Below the pieces are notes generated by a model. It saw only the letters and a program-made list of their open reading frames with translations. It was not told the origin of the DNA and searched no databases. The translations under genes were made by a program, and so were the position numbers. Below are positions 34,849 through 45,687 of a stretch of DNA of 64,000 nt, piece by piece. The number at the start of each line of letters is the position of its first letter. Position 1 is the stretch's first letter. Origin of the DNA: a virus; IMG/VR virus record IMGVR_UViG_3300020034_000004, positions 33,490-97,489 of that record; one strand, written 5' to 3'.

Positions 34849-35824
34849 CTTCCAACTTCTCTGCTATTTCTGGATTGTCTCGAACATACGCGACAGATTT
34901 TGGACGCCCTTGTAAACGTTCGTTATAAATCGTAATCCAAGCGCCGCCCTTCTGGACGATTCCATATTTAATCCCGTAATCCAATAGTTCACCATACTTA
35001 TCAACACCAACAAAATCACCACGGAAATACAAATCATAATTTCCAGTTCCGTAATGCCCGTTGACTTTGTTTTTGTCGATTGTCCAGGTAACTGCTCTAC
35101 CAATTTGTTCCTCCAATAAAATATCACCTACGGCAATCTCACCCATGATAGCCTTATTCTCAGACTTAGAAGAAAACATTCTAACTGTTAATGAATTAGC
35201 ATGTTCTGCTTCTTTACCGCCCGACGGCTTCATACCTGGCATAAAGGAATTACCCAGGTCCATACGAACCTGTGAAATATGCACCATAGCTGCTGAATAA
35301 TTCTCGCCTTGAATCATACGGCAGGACTGTCCTAATTCACGAGCAAATTGACCAATCTGACCAGTCTTTTCGAAAGGCTTCATTTCTCCTTCTTCAAAAA
35401 AGGATTTAGGCATTAGAGCAGAAGTGGAGTCAACGACAATTAATTCTACCCCGGCTTTGATGAAATCACTGCTAATGTCAGTCATATCACCAATAGATGA
35501 AACCTGAGAAACAAGCAATTCATCAACATCTACACCTAATCGAGTGGCCCATTCAAGGTCGAATGTTCTTTCTGCATCGATGTAGGCACAACCGCGACCT
35601 TGAGACTGATTCAATGCAATCGATTGCAACCAGAGTGCTGATTTACCTGCTGATTGATTTCCCCAGAAAGTACTTTGCTTTCCGATTCCAATACCGCCGC
35701 CGAGCAGAATATTCATACCAATAGATGCGGTAGGTATTTGAGACTTGCTGATGTCTTTAGCTAGTCTAAACTTCTCTACCGTTACCGGACTTAGCTTCGC
35801 TAGAATATCATCAATATGTGTCAA
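34823..35824 (-). CDS. recA: RecA/UvsX-like recombinase
   Basis: GNQSAGKS, YIDAE, IVVDS, SQVR, SGG, KGGAW. Confidence 0.93.
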   Translation of the reverse strand: MTHIDDILAKLSPVTVEKFRLAKDISKSQIPTASIGMNILLGGGIGIGKQSTFWGNQSAGKSALWLQSIALNQSQGRGCAYIDAERTFDLEWATRLGVDVDELLVSQVSSIGDMTDISSDFIKAGVELIVVDSTSALMPKSFFEEGEMKPFEKTGQIGQFARELGQSCRMIQGENYSAAMVHISQVRMDLGNSFMPGMKPSGGKEAEHANSLTVRMFSSKSENKAIMGEIAVGDILLEEQIGRAVTWTIDKNKVNGHYGTGNYDLYFRGDFVGVDKYGELLDYGIKYGIVQKGGAWITIYNERLQGRPKSVAYVRDNPEIAEKLEGEIFAKSV

Positions 35825-35859
35825 TTTTTCTCCTATTTTAACACCATTATAGCACGAAT

Positions 35860-35883
35860 AGCCGGTCTCAGCAAGACCGGCTT
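35860..35883 (-). terminator. Hairpin after mazG
   Basis: AGCCGGTCT/AGACCGGCT. Confidence 0.55.
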
Positions 35884-35889
35884 CCGTGA

Positions 35890-36279
35890 CTATCTATTGT
35901 CGCCAGAGCCCTGAATTACTCCACGCTCAAGTCTTGAGCGTAACTTTGCGACATTTTCCTGTGCAATTTGCTCAAGAGATAATCCTAACTCATCTGCAAC
36001 GCGGGTAAGATACCAAAGCACATCACCCAATTCTTTACCAACTTCTGTACGCTTCTCATCAGTGACGATACCACCGTCATCTCGAAGAACCTTTTTTAAC
36101 TTACCTTGAACTTCTCCAGTCTCACCCAAACCAAGACCAACGTACAACAGTGCTATTGTTGAACCGGTACCAACTTCAGGGTACTGAGCAAAGTCATCAA
36201 TGTCTAATTGATAGTCCGTGAAAGAATAGCCACAGGGGCTAGACTCTTCAAACTTCAGGTCATTCTCCGTTGTCATCAT
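35890..36279 (-). CDS. mazG: MazG-like NTP pyrophosphohydrolase
   Basis: GLGETGEV, KELGDVLWY, GSGDNR. Confidence 0.9.
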   Translation of the reverse strand: MMTTENDLKFEESSPCGYSFTDYQLDIDDFAQYPEVGTGSTIALLYVGLGLGETGEVQGKLKKVLRDDGGIVTDEKRTEVGKELGDVLWYLTRVADELGLSLEQIAQENVAKLRSRLERGVIQGSGDNR

Positions 36280-36445
36280 TTAAATCCTCAATACTAAATA
36301 TGAACGAATCTCGTTCCGAATTATGCACGATAGCAATCTGCTTACCATCCAATTGTGGTATGTTCTTTCTAAATATTTCTACTCTACCGCCCGCAGCAAG
36401 AACAATCAAAGCGAGTAGTTCCGGGCTTACTTCATTCAAACTCAT
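36260..36445 (-). CDS. Hypothetical protein
   Basis: 61 aa; AGGAG RBS. Confidence 0.65.
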   Translation of the reverse strand: MSLNEVSPELLALIVLAAGGRVEIFRKNIPQLDGKQIAIVHNSERDSFIFSIEDLNDDNGE

Positions 36446-36452
36446 GTTACTC

Positions 36453-39400
36453 CTATAATATGTTCTGGACGAATACTGCTCCGTCGTCCGTTTTGTCTAG
36501 CTTAACGTCTACGACGTCACCTTCATTCAAACTAGATATTGCCTTGAAAAACATGCTTGGAAACACCAGGGCTGATTGTAAATTCTTCTCACTATCTGAA
36601 AAAACAACATCTGCCATCTTCTTACCGGCTTTTGTCGTTCTTCCAACAAATGATACCACACGAAGCATTCCTTCTGGAACATCAGGAAATTCTGTAGTCT
36701 CCAAGAATTCCTTGAAGTCGAAACCACTGCCTTCAATCAAATCATTGACGCTGATGTACCGGGCGATTCTATTGTTAGAAACTAGCATGACATACATCTG
36801 TCCAGCCTCAATAGGTGTGTGTTCGTGATGGAACATACCAGCCGAGCCGGTCTCGTCCACGACTTCTATCAGAGACCATCCTTCACCCGTTTTAATCTTG
36901 CGAACCATTCCTGCGATAACAAAAGCTTCTCCCTCGGTGAACTCATCCAAGGTTCTGAATTGCGCAGTCATTTTTGGAGATAGCTTCTTTGTTTCAAACG
37001 CAGGAATATTCAAGTACTCGTAGAAATTCTCTCTTTCTTTACCGGTTCTTGGATTATCATCGAAGGCTGCGCCTCCGATAGCATTCAAAGAATGGAGCAT
37101 TCGAACATTCATACCGCTATTTTTAGTCGTAACTACCGTATGCAAGTCTTCATATGTATTGAACGGTCGGGTATCCATCAATCTTGTTGCTAGCTTACCA
37201 GAGATGAACTTAATATTGCTAAGACCAAATCTGATGTATTCGCCTCTATCGTCTGACTGAATCTCAAAATTCACATCACTCATATTTACATGAGGTAGCA
37301 TAACTCTAATACCCATCCTCTTAACCTCGATTAGATAATCAAGAAGAGAATCCTTATCTTGTTCATTCCTAAGAACCGCCGTCATGAATTCAATTGGATA
37401 CTGTTCCTTCAACCAAGCGGTCCAATATGAAATCATAGAATAAGCAACAGCATGAGATTTATTGAAGGAGTACCCGGCGTGAGCTTCGAAGTCGTGCCAC
37501 AATCTTTCAGCTACCTTTTTCGATACCTTCTTAGAAGCGCCATTAATAAACTCCGTTTTGTAAGCCTCAAATTCCTTCACGTCACGTTTCTTACCAATAA
37601 TCTTACGAACTTTGTCGGCGGTACTCATCTTTATACCGGCCAATTCAGTCATTGTAAGCATGACCTGCTCCTGATAAATGATTGCACCATATGTCTCATC
37701 AGTAAACCATTCCATATCCTGGTGAGGATACGATACGTGAGCCTTACCCTGCTTACGATTGATGAAGTCAGCACCAGCGGTTGAATTCATGGCACCCGGG
37801 CGAACCAATGCATTGGAAGCCACCAGTTCATCAAAGTTCTTAACTCCACCCATTTTGATAATCAAGTTGGTATATGGCACGGCTTCTACCTGGAAAACTC
37901 CCTTTGTCCAACCACTAGACAAAGTGGAGTATACACTGTTGTCGTCCAGAGGTAGCATATCTAGGTCAATAATCTCGCCTGTACGCTCCTTCACTGTCTG
38001 TAGCGTATCAGAGATAATCGTCAACGCCTTAAGCCCCAGGAAGTCATACTTGATTAATCCTATGTCTGCTACGGTTTCCATATCATAAGCTACGATTGGA
38101 ATCCTCGTACCGGCCTCATCCGAGTTATCCTTAGCTGACTGAATTGGAGCATATCTATTGATTGGCTCCTTTGAGAAGACTAGTCCACCAGCATGCATAC
38201 CTTGGGTGCGCAAACGACCATACATAAACTTAGCCAGTTTGATAACTTCAGGATACTTTTTGACAAAATCTCTTCCCTTTTCAGTCTTCTCCCAGTGTTC
38301 GAACCAATCGCTTGGCCAATCCGCACCCTTCAATGCACGATTCACATCACCGAGCGGTACTAGGAATACTCGGGCAGCGTCACGTACGGAATTCTTTCCT
38401 TGGAACGTACCAAACGTAGCAATTGATGCTACATGCTTATATGTACGTGTTGCGTAACCCTTAATCTCGGACCTTCTGCGGTCCTCAACGTCCGTGTCAA
38501 TATCCGGGAAGTCATTACGCTCCGGATTGATGAATCGAAAGAACAACAGATTATGCTTAACTGGGTCAACATTTGTAATGCGCAATGCATAGTTGACTAA
38601 GGACCCAGCACCAGAACCTCGGCCGGGGCCGAATAGAATGCCTTGCTCTCTACCCCACTTGACAATATCTGCTTCAATCAAGAAATAGGAACTGAAATTC
38701 TTACTAATGATGATTTCAAGCTCTTCTATCAATCGAGCGCGGTACTCAGGGTCATCCCCAAACCCACGCTCACGCAATCCATCCCAAGCCATATCTGTCA
38801 ATAATTCATCTGGGTCTACATTCTTAGGCTTAGGAAGTAAGTCTAGATTCTCATAGAATGGATAATCGCCAATCATACTGGCAACTATCATTGTATTACC
38901 TACCGCCTGATTCCAGTAATCCTGGTCCCAAGTGCTATCTAATGGTAACTCTTGGTGATTGATTTGCTCTTGGTAGGAATGCAAGAATAATCCGAAATGT
39001 TCAAAACTCATCTGACGGTCTGGATAAGCATAATTGAATCTTTCCAGCATTTCCATCTTCTGAGACTTTGAGAAATCGAATTCCTTGTTGTGCTTCGGGT
39101 TGGTTGCCAAGATAAGCATGGCTTCTTCCAGCCATAGGTCTTCTTCGCGCGCATAGTGACAATCACTGGTCACAACTGACAAAATCTTATGGTTTTGCGC
39201 AACTTCAATCAATCCATCATTAATTTCACGAGGATTGTGTCCCTGCAATTCAATGAAGAATCTGTCACCAAGAATACGCTTGAACTCACGTGCAAGTTGA
39301 TTAGCCTGTACGTCTAGCTTATTAGCAATCGCCTTTGCAATTAATCCATTCAAGCATCCAGAGGTTACAATTAATCCTTCATTGTATTCCTCTAACACAT

Positions 39401-39779
39401 CCATATCAATACGAGGCTTAGAATAGAATCCTTCAGTCCATGCAATCTCAGATAGCTTATTTAGATTCTTTAAACCTATCTCATTTTGAGCCAATACGGT
39501 TAAATGATTGTATGCCTGTGTGTTATCGAAACGTTTCTTAATTGCCCTTCGGTCAAACCGGTCGGTAGGAGAAATATACATTTCACAACCAAGAATGGGC
39601 GTAACACCATGCTTTTTAGCTGCAGCCTGAAACTCTCGATGCCCCGATAGATTACCGTGGTCAGTAATAGCCATATGGGACATTCCCAATTCAGAGGCTC
39701 TTGCCAGATATTCATCCGGCGTATTCAGACCGTCTAAGAGACTAAAATGAGTATGAAGATGCAATTCAATATATCTCAT
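36453..39779 (-). CDS. dnaE: DNA polymerase III alpha subunit
   Basis: PHP HLHTHFSLLDG, TDHG, GRGSGAGS, PDIDTD, KYDFLGL, FNKSHA. Confidence 0.97.
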   Translation of the reverse strand: MRYIELHLHTHFSLLDGLNTPDEYLARASELGMSHMAITDHGNLSGHREFQAAAKKHGVTPILGCEMYISPTDRFDRRAIKKRFDNTQAYNHLTVLAQNEIGLKNLNKLSEIAWTEGFYSKPRIDMDVLEEYNEGLIVTSGCLNGLIAKAIANKLDVQANQLAREFKRILGDRFFIELQGHNPREINDGLIEVAQNHKILSVVTSDCHYAREEDLWLEEAMLILATNPKHNKEFDFSKSQKMEMLERFNYAYPDRQMSFEHFGLFLHSYQEQINHQELPLDSTWDQDYWNQAVGNTMIVASMIGDYPFYENLDLLPKPKNVDPDELLTDMAWDGLRERGFGDDPEYRARLIEELEIIISKNFSSYFLIEADIVKWGREQGILFGPGRGSGAGSLVNYALRITNVDPVKHNLLFFRFINPERNDFPDIDTDVEDRRRSEIKGYATRTYKHVASIATFGTFQGKNSVRDAARVFLVPLGDVNRALKGADWPSDWFEHWEKTEKGRDFVKKYPEVIKLAKFMYGRLRTQGMHAGGLVFSKEPINRYAPIQSAKDNSDEAGTRIPIVAYDMETVADIGLIKYDFLGLKALTIISDTLQTVKERTGEIIDLDMLPLDDNSVYSTLSSGWTKGVFQVEAVPYTNLIIKMGGVKNFDELVASNALVRPGAMNSTAGADFINRKQGKAHVSYPHQDMEWFTDETYGAIIYQEQVMLTMTELAGIKMSTADKVRKIIGKKRDVKEFEAYKTEFINGASKKVSKKVAERLWHDFEAHAGYSFNKSHAVAYSMISYWTAWLKEQYPIEFMTAVLRNEQDKDSLLDYLIEVKRMGIRVMLPHVNMSDVNFEIQSDDRGEYIRFGLSNIKFISGKLATRLMDTRPFNTYEDLHTVVTTKNSGMNVRMLHSLNAIGGAAFDDNPRTGKERENFYEYLNIPAFETKKLSPKMTAQFRTLDEFTEGEAFVIAGMVRKIKTGEGWSLIEVVDETGSAGMFHHEHTPIEAGQMYVMLVSNNRIARYISVNDLIEGSGFDFKEFLETTEFPDVPEGMLRVVSFVGRTTKAGKKMADVVFSDSEKNLQSALVFPSMFFKAISSLNEGDVVDVKLDKTDDGAVFVQNIL

Positions 39780-40056
39780 GATAAATCCTCATACATCCGT
39801 GCCTGCTCAAATACATCCTCTAAGTCATCGTAAATTGCCTTAGCCACACCATTACAATCTTCCCATGTAATAAAGATTCCTTTATCGTCCAATACCCTAC
39901 GAATTATATTTGAAATACGCATCTGGTTGTCTGTCATTCGCTCTCCCTTTTAAAGACTCTATGGTCTAATCTTCATCATTTTCATAACATGGTCGGACAT
40001 CTGGCCAATAAACTGTAATATCAGCATCCAGTGCAAACATTGGTCTGTCTGCCCAT

Positions 40057-40368
40057 TTATCGTTTTCTGATTTGTTCTCGTCTTGATGCTCTCTTGGCAT
40101 TGACATACTCCATTGTAACACGACGCAACCCCCGACGGCGATTGCGTCGGTAGATGTGAGTCACTTCTCTGTGGCATTTAATGCACAGAGGCAGAAGGTC
40201 TAATAGAGACTCTCGTCCCAATCTTGCATAGTCCAGATGATGCACATGAATTGGTCCTTGTTTGGAACCACACGCAAAACATCTTTTTCCGTACTTTGCA
40301 AAGACAGCCTGTCGCTTCCGCTTCCAGGCATCAGACTTCAAATAATTGACGTAGGCTTTTGATATCAT
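40057..40368 (-). CDS. HNH endonuclease
   Basis: YLKSDAW, CFAC, VHH, LCIKCH. Confidence 0.8.
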   Translation of the reverse strand: MISKAYVNYLKSDAWKRKRQAVFAKYGKRCFACGSKQGPIHVHHLDYARLGRESLLDLLPLCIKCHREVTHIYRRNRRRGLRRVTMEYVNAKRASRREQIRKR

Positions 40369-40375
40369 ATAATGA

Positions 40376-40403
40376 GGCGACCGGCCCCGAAAGGCCGGTC
40401 GTC
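40376..40403 (-). terminator. GC-rich hairpin after the SSB gene
   Basis: GACGACCGGCC-TTTCGG-GGCCGGTCGCC. Confidence 0.6.
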
Positions 40404-40406
40404 AAA

Positions 40407-41108
40407 TCACCACTCGTTATTTACGGATTCAGATGAAACTTCTGCCTTCTTCTTAGCAAATTCTTCCAGACCCGATGGCTTGTCATCTAGGCGCGTATAG
40501 AATTCTTCCTGCTCTGAATAAGGAATCTCAGGCGCTACATAGTTCTTCAAATCATATAGTTCATATGCCTCGACATCTAGTCCATGCTCCTTCAATGCAG
40601 TAAGTGTATAAGATGTGTCGTTGAACTTCGCACCACTTCTCTTAATTTTGAACCACTTATCTGTAATGGTTTCAAACGCACGTGCATGCTCCATAAGAGC
40701 ATCAGTAATGTGGTTTGAAGACTTGCTCTGGGATAGAATTGCTACATATGGCTCATCTACACCATTATCAACCAAAACGTTTACGTAAAGTCTTAGCTTA
40801 CGCTTCCATTTCTGGTCTTCACCGTAACAGACACCTTCATCAGCCATGCTGCATTGTGCCTTAATCTTCCATTTATCCTGGTCAGGATGGACGTGTTCAA
40901 TGGCTAAAGCAAGCTGGCCATTCTTCTGCGAAAAGTTATCACTATCAGTGTTAAACTCTTGCAGGAAAGCGACAAGTACTGATTCCTTATCATTGATACC
41001 GAACCACTTCGCTTTAGGCCGTTCTGCCGCTGCCTTACGCTCTTGGAATTCAGCTTCGTCTTTATCAAAGACGTCTTGAATATCTGTTAATCCTTTTACT
41101 AATCCCAT
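40407..41108 (-). CDS. Single-stranded DNA-binding protein, gp32-like
   Basis: Position beside primase; RLYVNV, KIKRSG...DTSY, acidic tail. Confidence 0.7.
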   Translation of the reverse strand: MGLVKGLTDIQDVFDKDEAEFQERKAAAERPKAKWFGINDKESVLVAFLQEFNTDSDNFSQKNGQLALAIEHVHPDQDKWKIKAQCSMADEGVCYGEDQKWKRKLRLYVNVLVDNGVDEPYVAILSQSKSSNHITDALMEHARAFETITDKWFKIKRSGAKFNDTSYTLTALKEHGLDVEAYELYDLKNYVAPEIPYSEQEEFYTRLDDKPSGLEEFAKKKAEVSSESVNNEW

Positions 41109-41150
41109 TTTCTTGTATAATCTCCTTGTTGTTTGCTCCCTAATGTGGAG

Positions 41151-42290
41151 CTATGCATCTATTGTATCACGAGATTGCTCCCATGGCAATAGTCTATCGG
41201 AAATTCCCCATGATTCAAACTGGAAATTAGACACTGCGTTCATCAAGCATTGACGAATCTCATCATCAGACATATCACCAACATCTTTAGCATGACCTTC
41301 ACGATAACCATCTAATGGTTTGTTGGGGAATACACATTCATCATCATATACAGCCCATAGTATCTTCTTATTTGGTATAGACTGAGCTATTGACTTTCCT
41401 AGTTTTACTCCCGGCCTACATCCGTTATGCTTTTTGTTACATAACTTGCATCTACCATCTGATAGAAACTTCGGAGTATCGAAATCAGTCATTAAGATTA
41501 TGGTGCTGAATGTCCTATTTAATTGTTCTAAATGGTTAGGAGATAAGTAGCCACCAAGCAGGGCTACGACATTTGGATACCCGGCTTGGTGCACTCGCAT
41601 TGCATCAAACGATGCTTCTACGATAACTACCGATTCCCCTTCTTTTTTAGCCCTATGGAAGTTCCATGCGGTCTTGGACTTCGGAAGATTCTCCGTATTC
41701 TTAAACCTCTTGTCATCAAACGAAGCGGTACGTCCAATAAATCCTACCGGCATTCCCCTAGGGTCATGCATCGGAACAATAACCATGTTCTGTTTAGCTG
41801 AGTACCCAATCCTGAAATACCTCAGCGTCTCTTCATCGAAGTGACGGCGACCCATATATTCCTGTGGAGTGTCGTTCTCCCAGAATTCGTCATACATACG
41901 GTCTAGCGGTTCCTGAGGGAAGCTGTTGAATTCAGGTTCTGTCGTCAACACTTCCTTGAGTCTTTCTTCAAACGGAACTTGATTAATATTACGATGCTTG
42001 ATTATAAGCCTGGCGGCTTCGAAAGTGTTCAACTTCGTTAATCTACGAATGAGAAATTCTAAGGTACCAGAGCTAGTACATGATGGATTGAAGCAGGTCC
42101 ATAAGCCTTTTTCTTTGTCTACCGCGAATGCCGGAGTGTAGGAGTTTCCATGAAACGGACAATACGCTAAGAAATGGGTATTAGTTTCTGAAGCTACTTC
42201 CACACCCAAGAACTCTAGGATGGATTCAACTTGATTGGCTGAATAGATTTCAAAATCTTCTTCCCAGCTAAAATCCCTCCCGTTTCCCAT
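41151..42290 (-). CDS. dnaG: DNA primase
   Basis: CPFH..CFN..C zinc finger; GFIGR; TOPRIM VEASFDA and DFD. Confidence 0.92.
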   Translation of the reverse strand: MGNGRDFSWEEDFEIYSANQVESILEFLGVEVASETNTHFLAYCPFHGNSYTPAFAVDKEKGLWTCFNPSCTSSGTLEFLIRRLTKLNTFEAARLIIKHRNINQVPFEERLKEVLTTEPEFNSFPQEPLDRMYDEFWENDTPQEYMGRRHFDEETLRYFRIGYSAKQNMVIVPMHDPRGMPVGFIGRTASFDDKRFKNTENLPKSKTAWNFHRAKKEGESVVIVEASFDAMRVHQAGYPNVVALLGGYLSPNHLEQLNRTFSTIILMTDFDTPKFLSDGRCKLCNKKHNGCRPGVKLGKSIAQSIPNKKILWAVYDDECVFPNKPLDGYREGHAKDVGDMSDDEIRQCLMNAVSNFQFESWGISDRLLPWEQSRDTIDA

Positions 42291-42301
42291 GCCTTATCCT
42301 T

Positions 42302-42856
42302 TCATCTATTCATTGCGTTTTCTATAGATTGTCCAGAAAAAATCCTCTTTTTCAAAGTATTTCTGGACACGCTACATCTATCGTCTGCAATCCATTCAGT
42401 CAAACATTTGGTCTCTCCAAATGCTGTAATAACGAAAGAATCTCTTCGATTTGAAGCATTTCTTTTTCTAGTTACCCATCGACAATTATCTGAGGAGTAT
42501 CCATTATTATTAATACGGTCTAATTCTAAATCTAGGCTAAATCCGTTGGCAAGAGACCATCTAATAAAATTACCTCGCTCTTGCCATTCATCACTTACCA
42601 AGATTCCTCGTCCACCATAGTCTGAATATGTCTTAAAACTTGAATTATAACATCTCTCCATCATGTGATGCCATCTTGCGGTGATTGGACGTGATATCGA
42701 CATGCAAGCTCTGCATTGTCGGTCGATATCTTCCATTCTAACTATTTTGATATCTTTGCAATCTTGACAGATAGCTAGAAATGATTTTCTTGATTTATCA
42801 TCACGAGTTTGGCCCAATACTCTTCTTTGCCCCATTCTTCCAGATAATCTTACCAC
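42302..42856 (-). CDS. HNH-type homing endonuclease
   Basis: M.ERCYN, YGGRGI, LDRINN, NCRWVT. Confidence 0.85.
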   Translation of the reverse strand: MVRLSGRMGQRRVLGQTRDDKSRKSFLAICQDCKDIKIVRMEDIDRQCRACMSISRPITARWHHMMERCYNSSFKTYSDYGGRGILVSDEWQERGNFIRWSLANGFSLDLELDRINNNGYSSDNCRWVTRKRNASNRRDSFVITAFGETKCLTEWIADDRCSVSRNTLKKRIFSGQSIENAMNR

Positions 42857-43100
42857 TCATCACCCCCGCAACATTCCAAGCATCCTGACAATATATTCCA
42901 TATATCGTAAGACAGAAGTTGTAGCTTCCATCTTCAGACCTATAGTCTAACGTAAACTGAGGGTCTATATCCAGTACCGGCGCATAGCCTTCATCACGCA
43001 TCTGAGACTCCAATGAGCGAATCAAAGTCTCCTTCGCAGATACAATGTTGTTATCTGCGACTATTCCATCGAGGGAGTATTTCTCGATATTGTCGTGCAT
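42801..43100 (-). CDS. Hypothetical protein
   Basis: 99 aa, downstream of the helicase. Confidence 0.7.
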   Translation of the reverse strand: MHDNIEKYSLDGIVADNNIVSAKETLIRSLESQMRDEGYAPVLDIDPQFTLDYRSEDGSYNFCLTIYGIYCQDAWNVAGVMSGKIIWKNGAKKSIGPNS

Positions 43101-43111
43101 ATGATATCTCT

Positions 43112-44332
43112 CTAAGATAAATCAAATCTTTCCTTAACGATACCGTTATTGATATCCCAATCTAAATAGCCATCAAACAGTGGACCGTTTCGGTTCTTTC
43201 GGCAGACAATCTCGACAATGTTACTTTCGTCGTGCTTATGAACAGCGAAAGCCAAATCTGCATCGAACGCTAACTGCTTAGACCATGCAACCTGTTCCAC
43301 CGTTGGTGGTTCATTCGCTGAGGATGATGAGTCGGCTGTCGCCGAAGAAATCAGAACAACTGGAATGTCTTCAGCTTGCGCCAAGTTCTTGTACTGCTGA
43401 GACATATTTCTCATTCTTGCAGTCATATCGCCAGAATTCTCATTATCCGTAGCTAGCTGTGCGTAATCAAAGATTAACATGCTTGGCTTGTGCTGATGCA
43501 CTTTTGCCTGCACGATATTCGGAGTCATATTGCCAACACCATCATTGGTGATGACCATAAAGTCCGGGGCCTTCTCATACTTTGACTTGAAAGACCTAAA
43601 ATCGTCTGTGCCGATATCACCGAGAGTTAGACTTGAATTAGAGAAAATACCACTTCCTTTAATGGTGTAAATGCGGTCTCTAAGTTTGTCTCCTGACATT
43701 TCCAGTGAAACAATCATAGGCTTGTGTCCCATTTCGTGTGCATTACATGCCACCAATGTGGTGAACAGGGACTTCGCTCTTCCCGTCCAGCCTAGAACAA
43801 CAATTAAATCCCCTCCTGCCCATCCGGAGGTATATGCAGAATCAATGAAGGAGATACCGGTAGGAATTCCTGGTGTCCCACCGCCAGCTTCTGCTCTTCG
43901 TCTTACTTCTTTATAGTGCGCTTCTGCTTCATCAAAGTCCATAATATTCAAATCACGAGAAGAATTGCTAAATCTGTTTAACTTAGACAATTCTTCTTGT
44001 AATTTCTGTAAAACTCTTGGACTCGTATCTTTTTTCATCGCCACGGAAGCCTTAAGCATCAAGGATTCCATGCGAGCTTCAATGTGTTCTTCCTTCAAAC
44101 TGTCAAGATAGTACCCAGTCTCTCCCTTAACAGGAACCTCTTCCAACCCCGGAAATCTTTCTTGTAAAACCTCAATATCAGGAATTGAACGGTGTCGTGC
44201 GTGGTATGCTTTCATCGATTCCCATACATCGCGGTATGCGACAAACAGGTCGTCTACAGCATGACCGAACAAAACCCCAATGTCTTTGTTCTTTAAAACG
44301 GAATTAATTACTTGTAACTCCCTTGTTGCCAC
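43112..44332 (-). CDS. dnaB: Replicative DNA helicase
   Basis: GWTGRAKS, SLEMS, FDYAQL, DAD, KNRNG; GTG start at VATREL. Confidence 0.93.
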   Translation of the reverse strand: MATRELQVINSVLKNKDIGVLFGHAVDDLFVAYRDVWESMKAYHARHRSIPDIEVLQERFPGLEEVPVKGETGYYLDSLKEEHIEARMESLMLKASVAMKKDTSPRVLQKLQEELSKLNRFSNSSRDLNIMDFDEAEAHYKEVRRRAEAGGGTPGIPTGISFIDSAYTSGWAGGDLIVVLGWTGRAKSLFTTLVACNAHEMGHKPMIVSLEMSGDKLRDRIYTIKGSGIFSNSSLTLGDIGTDDFRSFKSKYEKAPDFMVITNDGVGNMTPNIVQAKVHQHKPSMLIFDYAQLATDNENSGDMTARMRNMSQQYKNLAQAEDIPVVLISSATADSSSSANEPPTVEQVAWSKQLAFDADLAFAVHKHDESNIVEIVCRKNRNGPLFDGYLDWDINNGIVKERFDLS

Positions 44333-44654
44333 GTTCGCGCCACTCCTTCGCTCTTTTTTCTGACTCTTCACGTAAACGTGCCCTTTTCGCCGCGTCGTCA
44401 TCCGTTCTTCTCTTGGACTCTAATAATTTATCATAGTTATAGAAGAACCAATCTAGAGAATGCTTGTTTGTAGAGGCTACGGTGAAATAAAAGTCTACTA
44501 TTTCTTTAGCCTCTACCGGCGAGAGCCCTGTGAGCACCGAGTCAAATCCCCATCGAGCAGTATGTCTATTTACGATAGGGTCTCTCCCGTAGTGTTCTTT
44601 GTACTTCTTAACAAAATAAGATGTCATTGCGTGACTCTGTTGTGCTGTTGCCAT
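44304..44654 (-). CDS. Hypothetical protein
   Basis: 116 aa, coupled to dnaB. Confidence 0.7.
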   Translation of the reverse strand: MATAQQSHAMTSYFVKKYKEHYGRDPIVNRHTARWGFDSVLTGLSPVEAKEIVDFYFTVASTNKHSLDWFFYNYDKLLESKRRTDDDAAKRARLREESEKRAKEWRERGNKGVTSN

Positions 44655-44657
44655 GAC

Positions 44658-44882
44658 TTACCTCTGAACTTTAGTTACAGAAACTAATCCAGCCTCTTCG
44701 TTTATTTCTAGAATCTTTTCTTCTACCAATTTTTCAACTTTTTCGTAAAGCGCCGACGCCGCCTCGTAAGGATTCTTATCTTCTGGAACGTCACGCTCGA
44801 CGCCCAATTCAATCCTGACGGATTCAAAGTTTCCAATATTACGAACAAAAGTGATGCTGGCGCGAACTCTATCTGCTGCCAT
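44658..44882 (-). CDS. Hypothetical protein
   Basis: NIGNFESVRIE pattern; AGGAG RBS. Confidence 0.7.
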   Translation of the reverse strand: MAADRVRASITFVRNIGNFESVRIELGVERDVPEDKNPYEAASALYEKVEKLVEEKILEINEEAGLVSVTKVQR

Positions 44883-44891
44883 TATTTCTCC

Positions 44892-45461
44892 TTAGAATTG
44901 CTCTGCCTGCCACGTAGGCACAAACTGCCCATCGTTGGTTTTAACATACAAAATCGCATCATGACGAATCATGGCTTTAAGTTCACGGGCTGATGGCAGA
45001 CTCCTCGGATTAATTAATCCGTCCTTACGCGGCGAACCTACGTGCCTACTACTCAACACTTCGTGCAATGCCAGGATGTCTCTCTCATGCCACAGATATT
45101 GGTATTTCTGTCTGATTTCTGATAAACCATAACTAAACTGCGGCGCTTCAATGTCTCCATTTAGAATGCAATTCTCTACCGTTACTTTGGTACGATTAAC
45201 CATCTTACACACCTGTGTGGTGGTGAATGCTTTTTCCATACGGGCTTTAACATCTGAATATGTGTATCCTACCCGTTTTGATTCCGGGTAGGACCACATC
45301 GTGATTATATCTGATGGACGGTTGATATGCAATACTCTATGTAAATTACCATTCAGATACAGATATCTTAATTTCCGGCTTTTCTTCTTAGGCTGAGAAT
45401 TTATCAAAGTTAATTTCTCGCCGCCGCGTTTTCTCTGGCCTTCTCGTGCTTGTGTAGCCAC
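44892..45461 (-). CDS. Putative HTH DNA-binding protein
   Basis: FTTTQVCKMVNRT MerR-like HTH. Confidence 0.6.
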   Translation of the reverse strand: MATQAREGQRKRGGEKLTLINSQPKKKSRKLRYLYLNGNLHRVLHINRPSDIITMWSYPESKRVGYTYSDVKARMEKAFTTTQVCKMVNRTKVTVENCILNGDIEAPQFSYGLSEIRQKYQYLWHERDILALHEVLSSRHVGSPRKDGLINPRSLPSARELKAMIRHDAILYVKTNDGQFVPTWQAEQF

Positions 45462-45589
45462 TGACCAAACCTCGAATCTTTATTGATAAACTCTCTATCA
45501 CCACATAGGATACAGAACGTCTCATAGTTCTTATTGTCTGAAAAGACTCTATCTAGAAACGTCCTACCAGAACATCTACGACACTTCAT
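45410..45589 (-). CDS. Small zinc-ribbon protein (59 aa)
   Basis: Manual translation MKCRRCSG...FCILCG; AAGGAG RBS. Confidence 0.7.
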   Translation of the reverse strand: MKCRRCSGRTFLDRVFSDNKNYETFCILCGDREFINKDSRFGQWLHKHEKARENAAARN

Positions 45590-45687
45590 AACCGTACTCC
45601 TTTAAAAAATCTTTGCACCACTGAATCTTATCTTCAATAGATTGTCCGGCTGGTTGTGAAGTTGACCATAATTCCATACATATTTCC